Below, in pieces: positions 1-12,329 of a stretch of 64,000 nt of DNA. Numbering within the stretch: position 1 is the stretch's first letter; each line of letters starts with the position of its first letter. Source of the DNA: Takakia lepidozioides (taxonomy: Eukaryota > Plantae > Bryophyta); assembly GCA_030704615.1 (NCBI GenBank), contig CM060731.1:76384001-76448000 (forward strand). Reading direction: 5' to 3'. The position numbers and the translations under genes are program-made. Under the pieces are notes generated by a model that did not search any database, was not told the origin of the DNA, and saw only the letters and a program-made list of their open reading frames with translations.

Positions 1-429
1 AATACAATATCAGATACAATGTCAAATACAATGTCAGCTTGTTGTTGTTGCTCTCAGACCCCCCACCGCTAGGGGAGGTCTCCCGTGCAACATACGAAAT
101 GCCAGGAACTGTCACAACAAAAGAAAGTAAAATCTGGAATATTTCACATGAAGTTCAACTTCTCTATTAGAGAATAAATCTGGCGGACAAAACAAAAGAT
201 ATTTGTCACATTTGAAGACCAAATAAGAATCCAGTAAGTAAATGTCGAAAAGACATCGAGACATACCACGAGAGATCTCCCGTGCTACATCTGACATCAA
301 TAGCACCAACTCAAAAATACAATCTAGAACGTCATAATTCATCATGGCCCACTGTGGAAATCGATACATATAGATATATGTTATTCCTGGACTTTGGAAA
401 GTCTAGATTTACTTAAAATTGAGTACTGT

Positions 430-877
430 ATTATATCAATAATGATTGGATATTACTACTCAATAAATCCATGGAAAGAAATTAATCGGGCCTTGACATG
501 GGAGACGTACTTGGACACATAGGAGATTGCACAGTAGGTTTAGATGGGCCTCGACATGGGAGACGCACATTGGAGATGCCCTTGAATACATAGCAAACAC
601 ACTTGGGCTTAGATGACTATGGACACTTGGGCCTCTACATGGAAGATGCACTTGGATACATAGAAGATTGCACTTGGGCTTAGATGGGCCTCGACATAGG
701 AAACGCCCAGGGTTACATAGGAAAGATTTCAATTCTTCACACATGGGCCAACGACACAGGCTACCCTAGAGGTCGCATTTGGGCCTCAACATAGGAGACG
801 CTTGGACACATATAAGGAGATTGCACTTGGGCTTAGATGACACTAGACACTTGGGCCAATGGCATAGGCTACCCTAG
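430..877 (+). mobile_element. Non-autonomous Helitron-like repeat, 3' part (same family as 7054-10028)
   Basis: Same internal repeat units as 7.4-10.0 kb (ttgcacttgggcttagatg; gggcctcgacataggagacgc). Ends ggccaatggcataggctaccCTAG at 877. Confidence 0.65.
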
Positions 878-883
878 AATTGA

Positions 884-1445
884 TTAGGGTAGCGTGTGTC
901 GTTGGCCCAAGTGTTTATTGTCATCTAAGTCCAAGTGCATTAATCCCCTATGTATCAACCAAGTGCGCCTCCTATGTCGAGGCCCTGCATATATGTGTGA
1001 ATTGAAATCGATATACTAAAATGAAGTTGGATGTTTATTTAGTTACAAAGAATGTGTGGCACATGAATGAACTAATATTTTAAATAATATTGTAAATTCT
1101 ATATATACAATCGTATATTGAAAAACCCAATTTTATTTTTTCCATGAATTTATTGAGTAGTAATATATTCAATCATTACTGATATATCTCCTATCAAGGC
1201 TTGAATCATTGTTGCAGGAAAGCCCACTTTGTTATTTTTCACGAATTTCCAGCGACCAAAAGTACTTGAAATTCCATATCTCCAACACCGCAGGTCCAAA
1301 AATCATGAGACCAAGTCGGGTACGTTGCACCCCTCCTCATCAAGGCTTTATAGCGGTACCAAACACCACGCCTGGGCCTCGCGATCTCTGGGACATCTCA
1401 ACGCTACAAAACAAAACAAACAAACAGTCTTGCTTCATATATTGA
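884..1445 (-). mobile_element. Non-autonomous Helitron-like element, inverted copy
   Basis: On the minus strand it begins A|TCaatatatgaag...(gttt)n like the 5' ends at 7054 and 7843, and ends ggccaacgacacacgctaccCTAA at 884. Tail-to-tail with the copy ending at 877. Confidence 0.65.
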
Positions 1446-1639
1446 TTACAATGATTTGATATTCACATACCTTATCACATAGTACAAGGTAGCAGGATTT
1501 GAGCTGAGAACCACTAGGGTAACACAAAATGCATTGTCCATTTTAAAGTTCAAAAGGTTTTAAAAATTCAAAAAGGTTGATAATTAGAATGTAGGGTTGC
1601 GGGGTCTCTATGCAACACTTGGTTTTTTTTTGGCTTTGG

Positions 1640-2085
1640 CGTGCTTCACCTACATTCTGAAACCTGATGAACTTGTTGATGCTTGTTTGCAATGCGTGTG
1701 CTCGAGCAACCCTAGAAAACGGCAAAGTTGGAATTATACCAGATGTCATAATTCTAAAATTTGCCCTATTGCACATCTATCCCAAATGGGGGAGCATTGA
1801 AGATGCAAATGCAATGTTCAATAATAATCAAGGTGTGGTGACGTCGTGGAGTGCGATGATCACAATATGCTCTTGACAATGGACATGGGATGCAGATGCG
1901 GATGGAGGCTTTAAAGAACTATGAGCAAATGATGCGAGATGGATAAGCCAACTGACCACATCACATTTGTTCGCATTTGCAATGCATGTCTGAGCATGGT
2001 GCAGCCCTAGAAAATGACAAAGAGGTCCATGGTGATTTCATCAAAGCTGAAATTGTACTAGATGTCCTTCTAAAAATAAGCCTTT
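1640..2085 (+). pseudogene. PLS-class PPR gene fragment, degenerate
   Basis: Frameshifted translation gives CNACA..LENGK..IIPDV..ALLHIYPKWGSIEDANAMFN..VVTSWSAMI..MEALKNYEQM..DHITFV..NAC..LENDKEVHGDFIKAEIV; similar to 27043-27470. Confidence 0.75.
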
Positions 2086-2831
2086 TATGCCTAGTGTCAA
2101 CTCCTAATTGTGTTTAAGTAGGCCGGCCACTGACTGTAGCCATCCGCCTCTAAATTTTGTGTGGCTTCATTGTGATGATGTTGGTCAACCACCACCTCAT
2201 TAACGTAGGAGCGAACTACCGCATGGGTCAAGACTTGGAATGTTTTGGCTTGGGAAATTTACAACTATCTCCAGGCAGGTAGTTAGAGGATTTCCTACAT
2301 GACGGTTATTGCAAAATAGGCTGATCGATCTCCATGCAAATACTCAAAACTACCTCCATAGAGATCATTGTACAAATAAGCACGAACCACCAAATCAAGC
2401 ATCAATGAGAAGTGGAACCACATCTTGTACGGGAGGATCATTGTCAAGAAATGACGATGAAATATCGTGCCCTAAGTCATGAGCTCGAGAGAGAACCACC
2501 TGAGGGCCTAAGCGAGTTGCAGATTGCAAATGAGAGAGAGTTTAAACGCTTAGATAGGGAGAAACGATGGATTTTGAGACGATAGGAACGGCTGAAAGCT
2601 GAAAACCAGCCAACCGAGCTCAAGCACGAACTGTTTAGATCATACATAAGACCTAATCATCCCATGGTGGAGCAGCTCTAGGTGATACCCAAGCATGAGG
2701 CGAATGGGAAGATTTGGAAAAAGCCCGTCGAGCATCCATCTCTTGCCAGACTGCAAAATCAGCTGCGAGCTCGAGATAAGCTACCAGTGTTGTGAGAAAT
2801 CAAAATCCATGTATGCACGATTGGCTACCTT

Positions 2832-3679
2832 CACTACAACAGATCGCGGTATTTATGATTGTATATATGACTATTCTGCAGTCATAAACGGTACATATAA
2901 CTTCTATGACTGTAAGTCGTGCAAACCAAGTCAATACAATGAGTACATGATGGTACGGTCCGGATGACTACAGTCAGATGAACCAAGTGATATTTCTCAC
3001 TGCAGTCATATATACCATACTGCAGCCACCGCTGCCGCGCCACGTAGCGAGGCGCAATTGATTTAAAAAATTAAATTAAATAAACTAAACTAAAAAAATA
3101 AAAACATATGTCAAACACCGCGTCGCACCGCATTGTGCCACGTGGCATAATGCATTTTATAATAATGAAAAAACCACGTGGCAATCTATCTAGGGTACCA
3201 CATGCTATCCCTAGCTCGCCTACTAACCCTAAGGCCATGTTATCCATTTGATTGTACTTAGAGGAGTTTGAACCTGCAACCTCTTTAATATAAGAGTTAT
3301 AGTTGACTACTTGTTAACCAATACACCTATTAGTCATTCATATGATCATATGGTGTTTTAATTGTATTATACACACCAAATTACAAAATCCCCAATAGTC
3401 ATCATGACTATGTAATCTCATCCATGTACACTGTAGTCATGGAAATGACTATGAATGGTGAGCTAAATCTGGTCAATTGTCGTTGATCAGCCTTCCGTCC
3501 ATTCCGGAGCCATGTAGTCACACAGACGACTACTTAGATAGTCGTTCATATGACTTCAGTCGTATGAACGACTGCGGGAGGTCAATTTCATATAAAAACA
3601 TGGTGCAGTCATGGTCAAAGTCATGAAAACCATGACTACCATGGTTTGGCAGTCATAACTACCACGATCTGTTGTAGTG
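2832..3679. mobile_element. Non-autonomous CACTA (En/Spm) element
   Basis: TIRs CACTACAACAGATCGCGGT and ACCACGATCTGTTGTAGTG; 3-bp TSD CTT at 2829-2831 and 3680-3682; many subterminal ATGACTA/TAGTCAT motifs; no transposase ORF. Confidence 0.93.
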
Positions 3680-4742
3680 CTTGCATGGGCAACCAGTTCA
3701 GATGGTTCATTTGTACGATTTGCTCACAGGTATCAACTGTGGCTTTTGCATTTCAAACGCTTCACGAAGGGCACTATTCGGCCACTTAGCTATCTAAGGA
3801 TCAAAGGGCATTACAATGGGAGTGATTTTCCATGATTTGACAATGATGTATACATAAGTCCAGGATGCAATTCTCTGCTTAGTTTTTCTTTTTACTGGAG
3901 ATGGCATCATGAAGTGGGCGAAACCTTAAATGACTACGTCCACCTGCTCATAACAGAAAAAGGAGGGCCTTGAATACACGAGAATGGTGATCTGGTACAC
4001 ATATCTGCATATCTATCATGAGCACGCGGTTGCTTTGTACACACCTGGGGAGTACGTTCTGGTTGACCTCACCATTGCCAAAAACAGCTGGGACGTGGAA
4101 GGTGTTGTACTAGCCTGCCCACCGCTCTTCTGTCCAGAATTGGGATCAGTGAGTTCACACTCACTCAGAACTCTCTATGGTGTTTTTTTGCTAATGGTGG
4201 TTTGTTGGTCTATCTCTGAATCCCTGTGCTTATGCAAACTAGGAGAATGACAAATGAAGGTAATGAGCTCACCAAGCAGCAGCTTAAAGTTGCGTTGAAA
4301 AAACCAACCATGTTGATCAAGTTGCTTGCTAATCCTGAATTAATGTCCTTAGTAAAACCTATGTTTGGCATCGTCATGAATCAAGGCGGAACAAGCCAAA
4401 GGTAGTCAAGGTCTTGGTATCTTTGCTCATTTCAGACCTAAACGAACAGTGTGAGTCCTCATTCCTATTCATGGGAAAGTTCCTAGTTATAAGGAGTCCA
4501 ACATAGATGATCGCAGAAGGGTAAATGCAAGATAGGGTGGACCAAAAAAGGCAGATGGTGACGTCCATGAAAGTCCATCAAACCCCTCAAATAATTTCTC
4601 GTGTCTTTATAAATGATGAATGAATGTTACAATATCTGGAGGTTGGAGCAAATCATGGATTTAAGTGACTTGCCTAGCCCTGGGCCGCAGCTAGCATAGC
4701 CCACATTTTTCAGACCCCGATGTAATTCCAGCATAGTGTGTA

Positions 4743-4909
4743 CCTACTGACCAAGGGGTGAAGGGCACTATTAGAAGGGAATTGAGGGCTCTGAAAACAG
4801 ATTTGCAAGGCCACATTCGAGATGTGCATAGCCTACTGACCAAGGGGTGAAGGGCACTATTAGAAGGGAATTGAGGGCTCTGAAAACAGATTTGCAAGGC
4901 CAATTCGAG
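4743..4909 (+). repeat. Tandem duplication with 89-bp period
   Basis: cctactgaccaaggggtgaagggcactattagaagggaattgagggctctgaaaacagatttgcaaggcca starts at both 4743 and 4832. Confidence 0.9.
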
Positions 4910-5050
4910 CACATGCTCAACTAATTACTGGCTGAACCTCATTGGAAGGCTCGAGAGACCAACATAGGGGCTGTTGCACCAGCCACAGCTGCTGTACCTT
5001 ACCCAAGGGCTGATATTTCTCCCCGAGAGGCCAGACCAGCCGGGTGAATG

Positions 5051-5779
5051 CAGGGTTGACTGGACCAAAATGGACGTTACCGACACAGTTTTAGATGACT
5101 GCAATTGATGGTGTCATCAATTGAATTTGAATTAACTCATTAAAACCAGCAAATATATATGTTATTGGATTCATAGCTTCAATACGCACCCATAGCAACT
5201 CTCCAATTATGAATCTGATAAGAAATGACTCTGCTATGGACTTTTGAACACCGTCATTGTAGACTGTTACCACAGTGAATGAAATTACAATGGATTCAAG
5301 TTCTCATATGTGCCATTGGTGAATTCCATTGAAATTTGGACTTAAGGTGGCCATTTTGGTCCACATCATAGGTATGGATTTGAAGTGGCAAAATCATTTG
5401 TCATTTGACTCATATGGACTAATATATGTCAAAAAAATAGGCGTTTTTTGAAAAGTCCATAGCTCATCTTGTTTTTTGGATTTTGGGTGTCATTGTTTTT
5501 CTAGAAGTATAAAAACCTATAATCTTCAATGGCTAGGTGGCATATTGAATTTATTTTGTAAACTCTAATTTTTAGTTTTTCATAATTTCTCTAAATAATA
5601 GACTAAAATATTTAATGAATTATATCTTTAATATTTGGGATAGAACTCTTTACTAAATATGTTCAGTATACGATTATCTATCACTAAAAATATATTTTGG
5701 ATAGTATCATCAACTTTTTGTTTTTTGGTCATGGACTTTCATGGAGCAGGATCTGCCGTTTTTGGTCCACTCAACCCTG
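5051..5779. mobile_element. MITE with hAT-like TIRs
   Basis: TIRs CAGGGTTGACTGGACCAAAA and TTTTGGTCCACTCAACCCTG (19/20 match); AT-rich non-coding interior; no TSD identified. Confidence 0.7.
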
Positions 5780-6530
5780 CAACTGCCCAGACATTGGCAC
5801 GGGCTCTAAGTACAAGTTACGACGACAATACAGTATATGTCTTCCGGAGGATCATACCACGACCTACTATGACCACAAGGAAGAGGCCCACCAATTTGTG
5901 AAAGGGCTCAAGGCAAAAGAGCCTGTCACTACCTCTCAGCCTTTAAACTAGTGAGGCCCCAAGAGCTGCAGGTCTCAAAGGGGCCACACAAGAAGGACAA
6001 TTCCACAAAACATGTGTGAAAAGACGTTGCCAAACACTTGGTTGGTAAGGCACTCATGTCCAAGGATTTTAAAGTGTTTAATTGTATGAGCACCAAAAAA
6101 TGCAGGACGCAAATGGGAAGTTTCGACCTAAGTATAATGGCCCATTTCTAGTTACTCGTGGAAGTTCAAGCTGGAATCCTAGTTATCTGTTGTCACAGCC
6201 CCTTCTTATGCCATCCCTGGTAGCGCTCTTGTTCATTGTAAGTTAGAAAATCTTGACTCCTCTTGCATCAATCTTGAAAGACGACTGGGTCGAGTTTGTC
6301 CCTCCTCTGACTCGAAAACGCAAGACCCGTTCCGCGCCTTCTGTTACAGCTACCTTAGTCTGAGTAGACTTTTTACATATGGAACCACAAACATGACGGG
6401 GTTAAGTCCTGCTTGCAGCTCGGGACAATACTAGAACATGCGGTCATTGTTTGTTCCTGTCTTGAGTTGCCTTAACTCGAAGGAGCTCCTTCTTTTTCCA
6501 ACAGGGGGGGGGGGGGGGGCTCTACATATG
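5780..6530 (+). mobile_element. Highly degenerate Ty3/Gypsy remnant (integrase GPY/F motif and polypurine tract)
   Basis: GKFRPKYNGPFLV at ~6115-6155 resembles the gypsy integrase C-terminal GPY/F motif. G-run at 6504-6519 is followed shortly by TGTAA at 6529, a possible 3' LTR start. Confidence 0.4.
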
Positions 6531-7053
6531 TAATGGCCGGCTGATGCTCCTCGTGCAGATTTAGTAATTTGTCATAAGGATTAGGCAACAACGACGTTAA
6601 TGGGACCCACCTAAGGTAGAGCTCCTGGCCACCAATCCATGCAAGGGTCTGTCAAACGGAGCATAAGGGCTCTTTATGTATGTAACGGTGTATGAAACAA
6701 TATTTTTCCCTGAGTATAAGGACCAACTTCCATGTCTCGGCCATTGGCCAAGTTGGCACTAGATGACAAAAATAACACCCTGCTTCTATGCGTTAAATTT
6801 CACTGACGCCCAGATATCGGTGAGCGCAATACCTAGGATTTGGTGCCAGAGTTCATGGCCGATATCGGTAATCGCTTTTGATCTGCTGTACTAGGTTACC
6901 ATGTCTCTTCTACTTGTTGTGAAGGTCACCTTTGTGCACATTACTGCCAACCGCCGCACTCTTTGCTTGCGGGACCCACCCTTTGACTGGCTCAATTGGT
7001 CCCCGCGCCTTGGACAGCGAGGTAGACTACTGCCCGATTCCTTTTGAACCCTA

Positions 7054-10028
7054 TCAATCTATGAATTAAGACGTTTGTTTGTTTGTTTGTTTGTTTTGTT
7101 TTGTTTTGTTTTGTAGCGTTGAGTTGTCCCAAACTGCGAGGCCCCGGCGCTGGTGCTTGGTACCATTGGAAAGCCCTCGACGAGGAGGGGTGCACCGGCT
7201 TGGTTTCACAAGTTTTGGACCTGCGGTGTGGGAGATGTGGAATTCCAAGTACTTTTGGTAGCTGGAAATTCACAAAAAATAGCAAAAATGGCAAAGTGGG
7301 CATTCGTGGACAATGGTTGGAGCCTCGACGGGAGAGATATCAAGGGAAAGGTCTCCGGTTCAAATCTGGTCGTACGCTCTGTGGAAAAAAACTTACTTAG
7401 ATGACATTCGACACTTGGGCCAACGACAAAAGCTACCCTAGAGGTTACAGTTGGGCCTCGACATAGGAGACGCACTTTGATACATAGAGGATTGCACTTG
7501 GACTTAGATGACATTGGACACTTTGGGCCAACGGCACATGCTACCCTAGGCCTAGATCTCCCAAACAGGAGGGTCTCTGGATACATATGGGATTGCACTT
7601 GGACTTAGATTTCACTTGACACTGGAGGTCGCACTTGGGCATCTACATGGGAGAAGTATTTGGATACATAGGAAATTGCACTTTGGCTTACATAGGAGAC
7701 GCACTTGGATACATAGGAAATTGCACTTGGTCTTAGATCTCAATTCTTCACACATGGGCCTCGACACAGGAGACACTTGGATACATAGAGGATTGCACTA
7801 AATGACACTGGACACTTGGGCCAACGGCATAGGCTACCCTAGTCAATCTATGAATCGAGACGTGTGTTTTGTTTTGTTTTGTTTTGTCACGTTGAGATGC
7901 CCCAAACCGCAAGGCCCCGGTGCTGGTGCTTGGTACCGTTGAAAAGCCCTCGACAAGGAGGGGTGCACGGCTTGGTCTCACGATTTTTGGACCTGCGGTG
8001 TGGGAGATACGGTATTCCAAGTACTTTTGGTCGCTGGAAATTCACAAAAAATAGCAAAAATGGCAAAGTGGGCATTCCCGGACAATGGTTGGAGCCTCGA
8101 CAGGACAGATACCAAGGGAAAGGTCTCCGGTTCAAATCTGGTCGTAGGCTCTCTGGAAAAAAAACATGATTAGATATGGGATTGCACTTGAACTTCGATG
8201 AGACTTGGGCTTGCACTTGGATACATGAATAGAAGATTGCACTTGGGCTTAGATTTTAATTGATCTTCACACATGGGCCAACGACATAGGCTATACTAGA
8301 GGTCGCACTTGGGCCTTGACATAGGAGATCCACTTGGATACATAAGAAATTGCACTTGGGCTTAGATTTTAATTCTTCACACATGGGCCAACGGCATAGG
8401 CTACACTAGAGGTCGCACTTGGGCCTCGACATAGGAGATCCACTTGGATACATAAGAAATTGCACTTGGGCTTAGATTTCAATTCTTCACACATGGGCCA
8501 ACGGCATAGGCTACACTAGAGGTCGCACTTGGGCCTCGACATAGGAGATCCACTTGGATACATAAGAAATTGCACTTGGGCTTAGATTTCAATTCTTCAC
8601 ACATGGGCCTTGACATAGGAGACGCTACTTGAATACATAGGGGATTGTACTTGGACTTAGATTTCAATTTTTAACACATGGGCCAACGGCACAGGCCACC
8701 CTAGACACTTGCGTTAAGATGATCCACTAGACACTTGGGCCGCTACATGGGAGATGCATTTGGATACATGAATGGAAGATTGCACGTCATGGGCTTAGAT
8801 GGGCCTCGACATAGGAGACGCACTTGGATACATAGAAGATCTTCACTTGGACTTAGATGACAATGGACAGTTGGGCCAACGGCACAGGCTACCCTAGAGG
8901 TTGCATTTGGGCCTCCACATAGGAGACGCACTTTGTTACATAGGGTATTGCACTTGGACTTAGATGACATTGGACACTGGAGGTCACACATGGGCCTTTA
9001 CATGGAAACGCACATGGATACATAGGAAATTGCACTTGGGCTTAGATTTCAATTCTTCACACATGGGCCAATGGCACATGCTACCCTAGATCTCCCAAAT
9101 AGTGGGGGCTCTCGATACATAGGGGATTACACTTGAACATAGATGACATTGGACACTTGGGCCAACGGCACAGGCTACCCTAGAGGTTGCATTTGGGCCT
9201 CGACATAGCATACGCACTTGGATACATAGGAAATTACACTTGGTCTTAGATTGCAATTCTTCACATATGGGCCAAACGGCATAGGCTACACTAGAGGTCG
9301 CACTTGGGCCTCGACATAGGAGACGCACTGGGATACATAGGAAATTGCACTGGATACATAGGAGACTGGACTTGGGCTTAGATGAGAGTGGACACTGGGG
9401 CCAACGGCACAGGCTACCGTAGAGGTCACATTTGGGCCTCGATATAGGAGACGCACTTGGATACATAGAGGATTGCACTTGGACTTAGATGACATTGGAC
9501 ACTTGGGCCAACGGCACAGGCTACCTGGAGGTTGCATTTGGGCCTCAACAATATAGGAGATGCACTTTGATACATAGGGGATTGCACTTGGACTTAGATG
9601 ACAGGGCCAACGGCACAGGCTACCCTATCAATGTATGAACCGAGATTTGTTTTGTTTTGTTCCTCGACGGGAGATTGCAAAAATAGCAAAATGGGCTTTG
9701 TTGGAACAATGACAAAGAGATCTCCCAAACTGCAGAGGACTCTCTTGATGCACGGGGAATTGCACTTGGGCCTCTGCATGGGAGAAACACTTGGATACAT
9801 ATGAGATTGCACTTGGGCTTAGATTTCAATTCTTCACACATGGGCCTTGACATAGGAGACGTGGATATATAGGGGATTGCACTTGGGCTTATATTTCAAT
9901 TCTTTACACATGGGTCAATGGCACAGGCTACCCTAGGCATAGATCTCAAAGGTCTCTAGATACATAGGGGATTGCACTTGGACTTAGATGACATTGGACA
10001 CTTGGGCCACCAGCACAGGCTACCCTAG
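7054..10028 (+). mobile_element. Tandem array of non-autonomous Helitron-like elements with internally amplified 3'-end repeats
   Basis: 5' end A|TCaatctatgaa followed by (GTTT)n at 7054, repeated at 7843 and 9628. 3' motif is a GCC-AAC-GGC hairpin then gctaccCTAG; the final end is CTAG|T at 10028. CTAG|TC junction at 7842/7843. Near-identical 120-bp units at ~8230-8610. Confidence 0.75.
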
Positions 10029-10412
10029 TGCACATAAAAGCAACCATCCATGCCACCAGTCGACCATGCTCCACCGACGACGTCGGCAAACTTTAGATAA
10101 CTTGGCCAATTTGGCCGAGACATGGAAGTTGGCCCTAAGTAAAGCAACCAACAGTTGGTTACGTGCACTAAATGTCACCCAGATGATGCCACCCAAATGA
10201 TTCTAGGTCAATCTTGCTACTTGAGTATTCTTCCTCAAGTATAAGTAAAGCAACCAACAGTCAGTAACTCAGTTGATTAAGTGCTCTAAATGCCACCCAG
10301 ATGATTTTGAGGTCAAATCTTGCTACTTGACGGGTGTGGTATACTCTTCTCCTCCTTCCTTGGGCTGTCCCCCCTTACTGCATGGCGCGCTTACTGTGAA
10401 AGAGGTTATTTT

Positions 10413-10752
10413 CAGTGTTGGGTGGTTATTTGATTTTTTTCATAACCGGCGGTTCCGGTTGTTTTGAATTTTAGGAAACTATTAACCGCGGTTGCGGTTA
10501 TTAAATTTTTTTTGGCTAAATATAACCTCAGCGATTGCAAAAACCTCAAATAACCGGCGGTTTTCATCAAATAACCGCGGGTATTGGGCGGTTATTTAAG
10601 AGATTTTTTGCTCGGTTATTTGAATGTGACCTCCGCCGGTTCCTAACTGGACCGGTTACTTCATTTTTTCACCTCCGCCGGTCATATATATATATAACCG
10701 GATAGGTAACCACTGGGTATTAGAGAGAAATTCAAATAACCGCCCAACACTG
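10413..10752. mobile_element. hAT-family MITE (340 bp)
   Basis: TIRs CAGTGTTGGGTGGTTATTTGA and TCAAATAACCGCCCAACACTG; perfect 8-bp TSD GTTATTTT at 10405-10412 and 10753-10760; many internal TAACCG/CGGTTA motifs. Confidence 0.93.
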
Positions 10753-12329
10753 GTTATTTTCTCCTCTCGCTCCTCCCAGGTGTTTCCCTTTTAAAAAAAG
10801 AAAAGAAAAGGGAAAAAAAAAAGTAAAGCATACACAGCCACTACGGGCAGGACGATTGAGAATGAAACTTTGTGAGTATATTGTGATATCGAACAGTGTT
10901 CGTAATGCTAGATGAGAAGCTCTGTTCAAAGACTTCGCCATTTTGAGCAAAACCTAAGCGGGCTCACCAGCACCGCACGATCTGAGATCATCTAAGGGTC
11001 TAGCAATATCCCCACACAACGTGGCTCCGCCTGTATGGTGTATCGCAGGATCACCCAATATCGCACAAGCACAATCGGGCTCTACAATGTCACCAAAAAA
11101 AGGGTATAAATGTGGTGGCTCCTCTGCGGCCGAGGAGACCACACAAAATTCAGAGGCTAGCCGGCCACCCTGCGGTTGAAATTTGGATGAAGATTTGAAA
11201 AACGTGGATGAACATCGCAGCTCAGTTATGTAGGGTTTCACCATGACTCGCCTGGCTACGGGCTGTAGCCTGGCACGTGCGTCACCGGAAGTCGACGGTG
11301 ACCCTTTCCCCCGCCAGTTTTTCCCGCCCTTATTTCTGAGCGGGCCATGGCTGATAACTGCAGCGATGGCGATCCGAGGATGGCAGGGATCAGACGCCTC
11401 CAATGTCGGATCTGAAGGTGGAAATCTTGGAGTACAGGAAACTTAAGCAGACTGAAGTTTTTGCGGACATGGACATTGTGTACTAAGTCTGATCGTGTAT
11501 TCACTGAAGAATGTAAGTCCTGGCAAACCTAAACTGCTCACCCCGGGAAGCAGCAGATTCGAATTCCGTTTACAGTAGAATTTTTGTACGGTCTGGTCTT
11601 TAGCCGCATGGGCGATCCTAGATAGGCGAGTTCAAGATGAAGACTGGGATGCTTGCACTTGGACGGAAACGGCTGAAGCGCCTGGTGGTGCTGGTGGATT
11701 TGCGGGGCCTGGCGGTGCAGGTATTGTACCTCTGAACCAAACATGAGCTGCGTGTATTGATTCAAGCTATACAGGTCAATTAATGTTTATACAATTTAGA
11801 ACGGATAAATTGAGCGAGGACTTTGACGCTGCCCAAGAGATGACAGAGGTAGCAACTCCTGAACGGTCCCAACAATGAAGCTGGTAGTCAAGAAACTATT
11901 GAGTGGGATGGAAATATAAAAGTGAAACATTCTTTCAATTCTTCCTTCAACACAGGGTACTAGAATTGAAAATTCGTGGTTCTCGTCATCTTCAATCAGA
12001 GGGCTGTTTACATGGATAGCTTGTATTCTCTCCAACATGAATGCGAGAAATGACAAAAGGAATCCATGGCAGGTTTTGTCAATTGAAGGACCATGACATT
12101 CTTTATGTTACTATGGAAATTTTGAGATCCGATTGGCAGCTTCAATCATCCTCATCAAGTCATTGCTCAAAGTGTGTTAGATTGTGAATTCCAGATTAAA
12201 CAGTTACGTGCTGAGCTATCGAAGTCAGAAGTCGTATGTTTCATCAGACCGCACAGTTGGAGTCATGTGGGTGGAGACCCGTTGTAGAGTGCCAATCAGT
12301 CACAAAGAACAAGCACTCGAAGTGAGCCC

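Noticed and set aside
1-400. (TTG)n tract and minus-strand ORF 112-369 suggesting a LINE 3' end
   Set aside because: No convincing conserved motif; too little evidence to call.
8230-9600. Regularly spaced repeats superficially resembling a CRISPR array
   Set aside because: The intervening segments are themselves repeated (no unique spacers), there are no cas genes, and the context is eukaryotic; a Helitron-derived tandem array explains it.
460-10200. Many Cys/Pro-rich ORFs (e.g. MQSHMYP.., CNPLCIQVRLLCRGP)
   Set aside because: They are translations of the tandem repeat, not genes.
10954-11504. GC-rich short ORFs upstream of the Treslin-like gene
   Set aside because: No recognisable domain; more likely promoter, 5' UTR or first-exon sequence.
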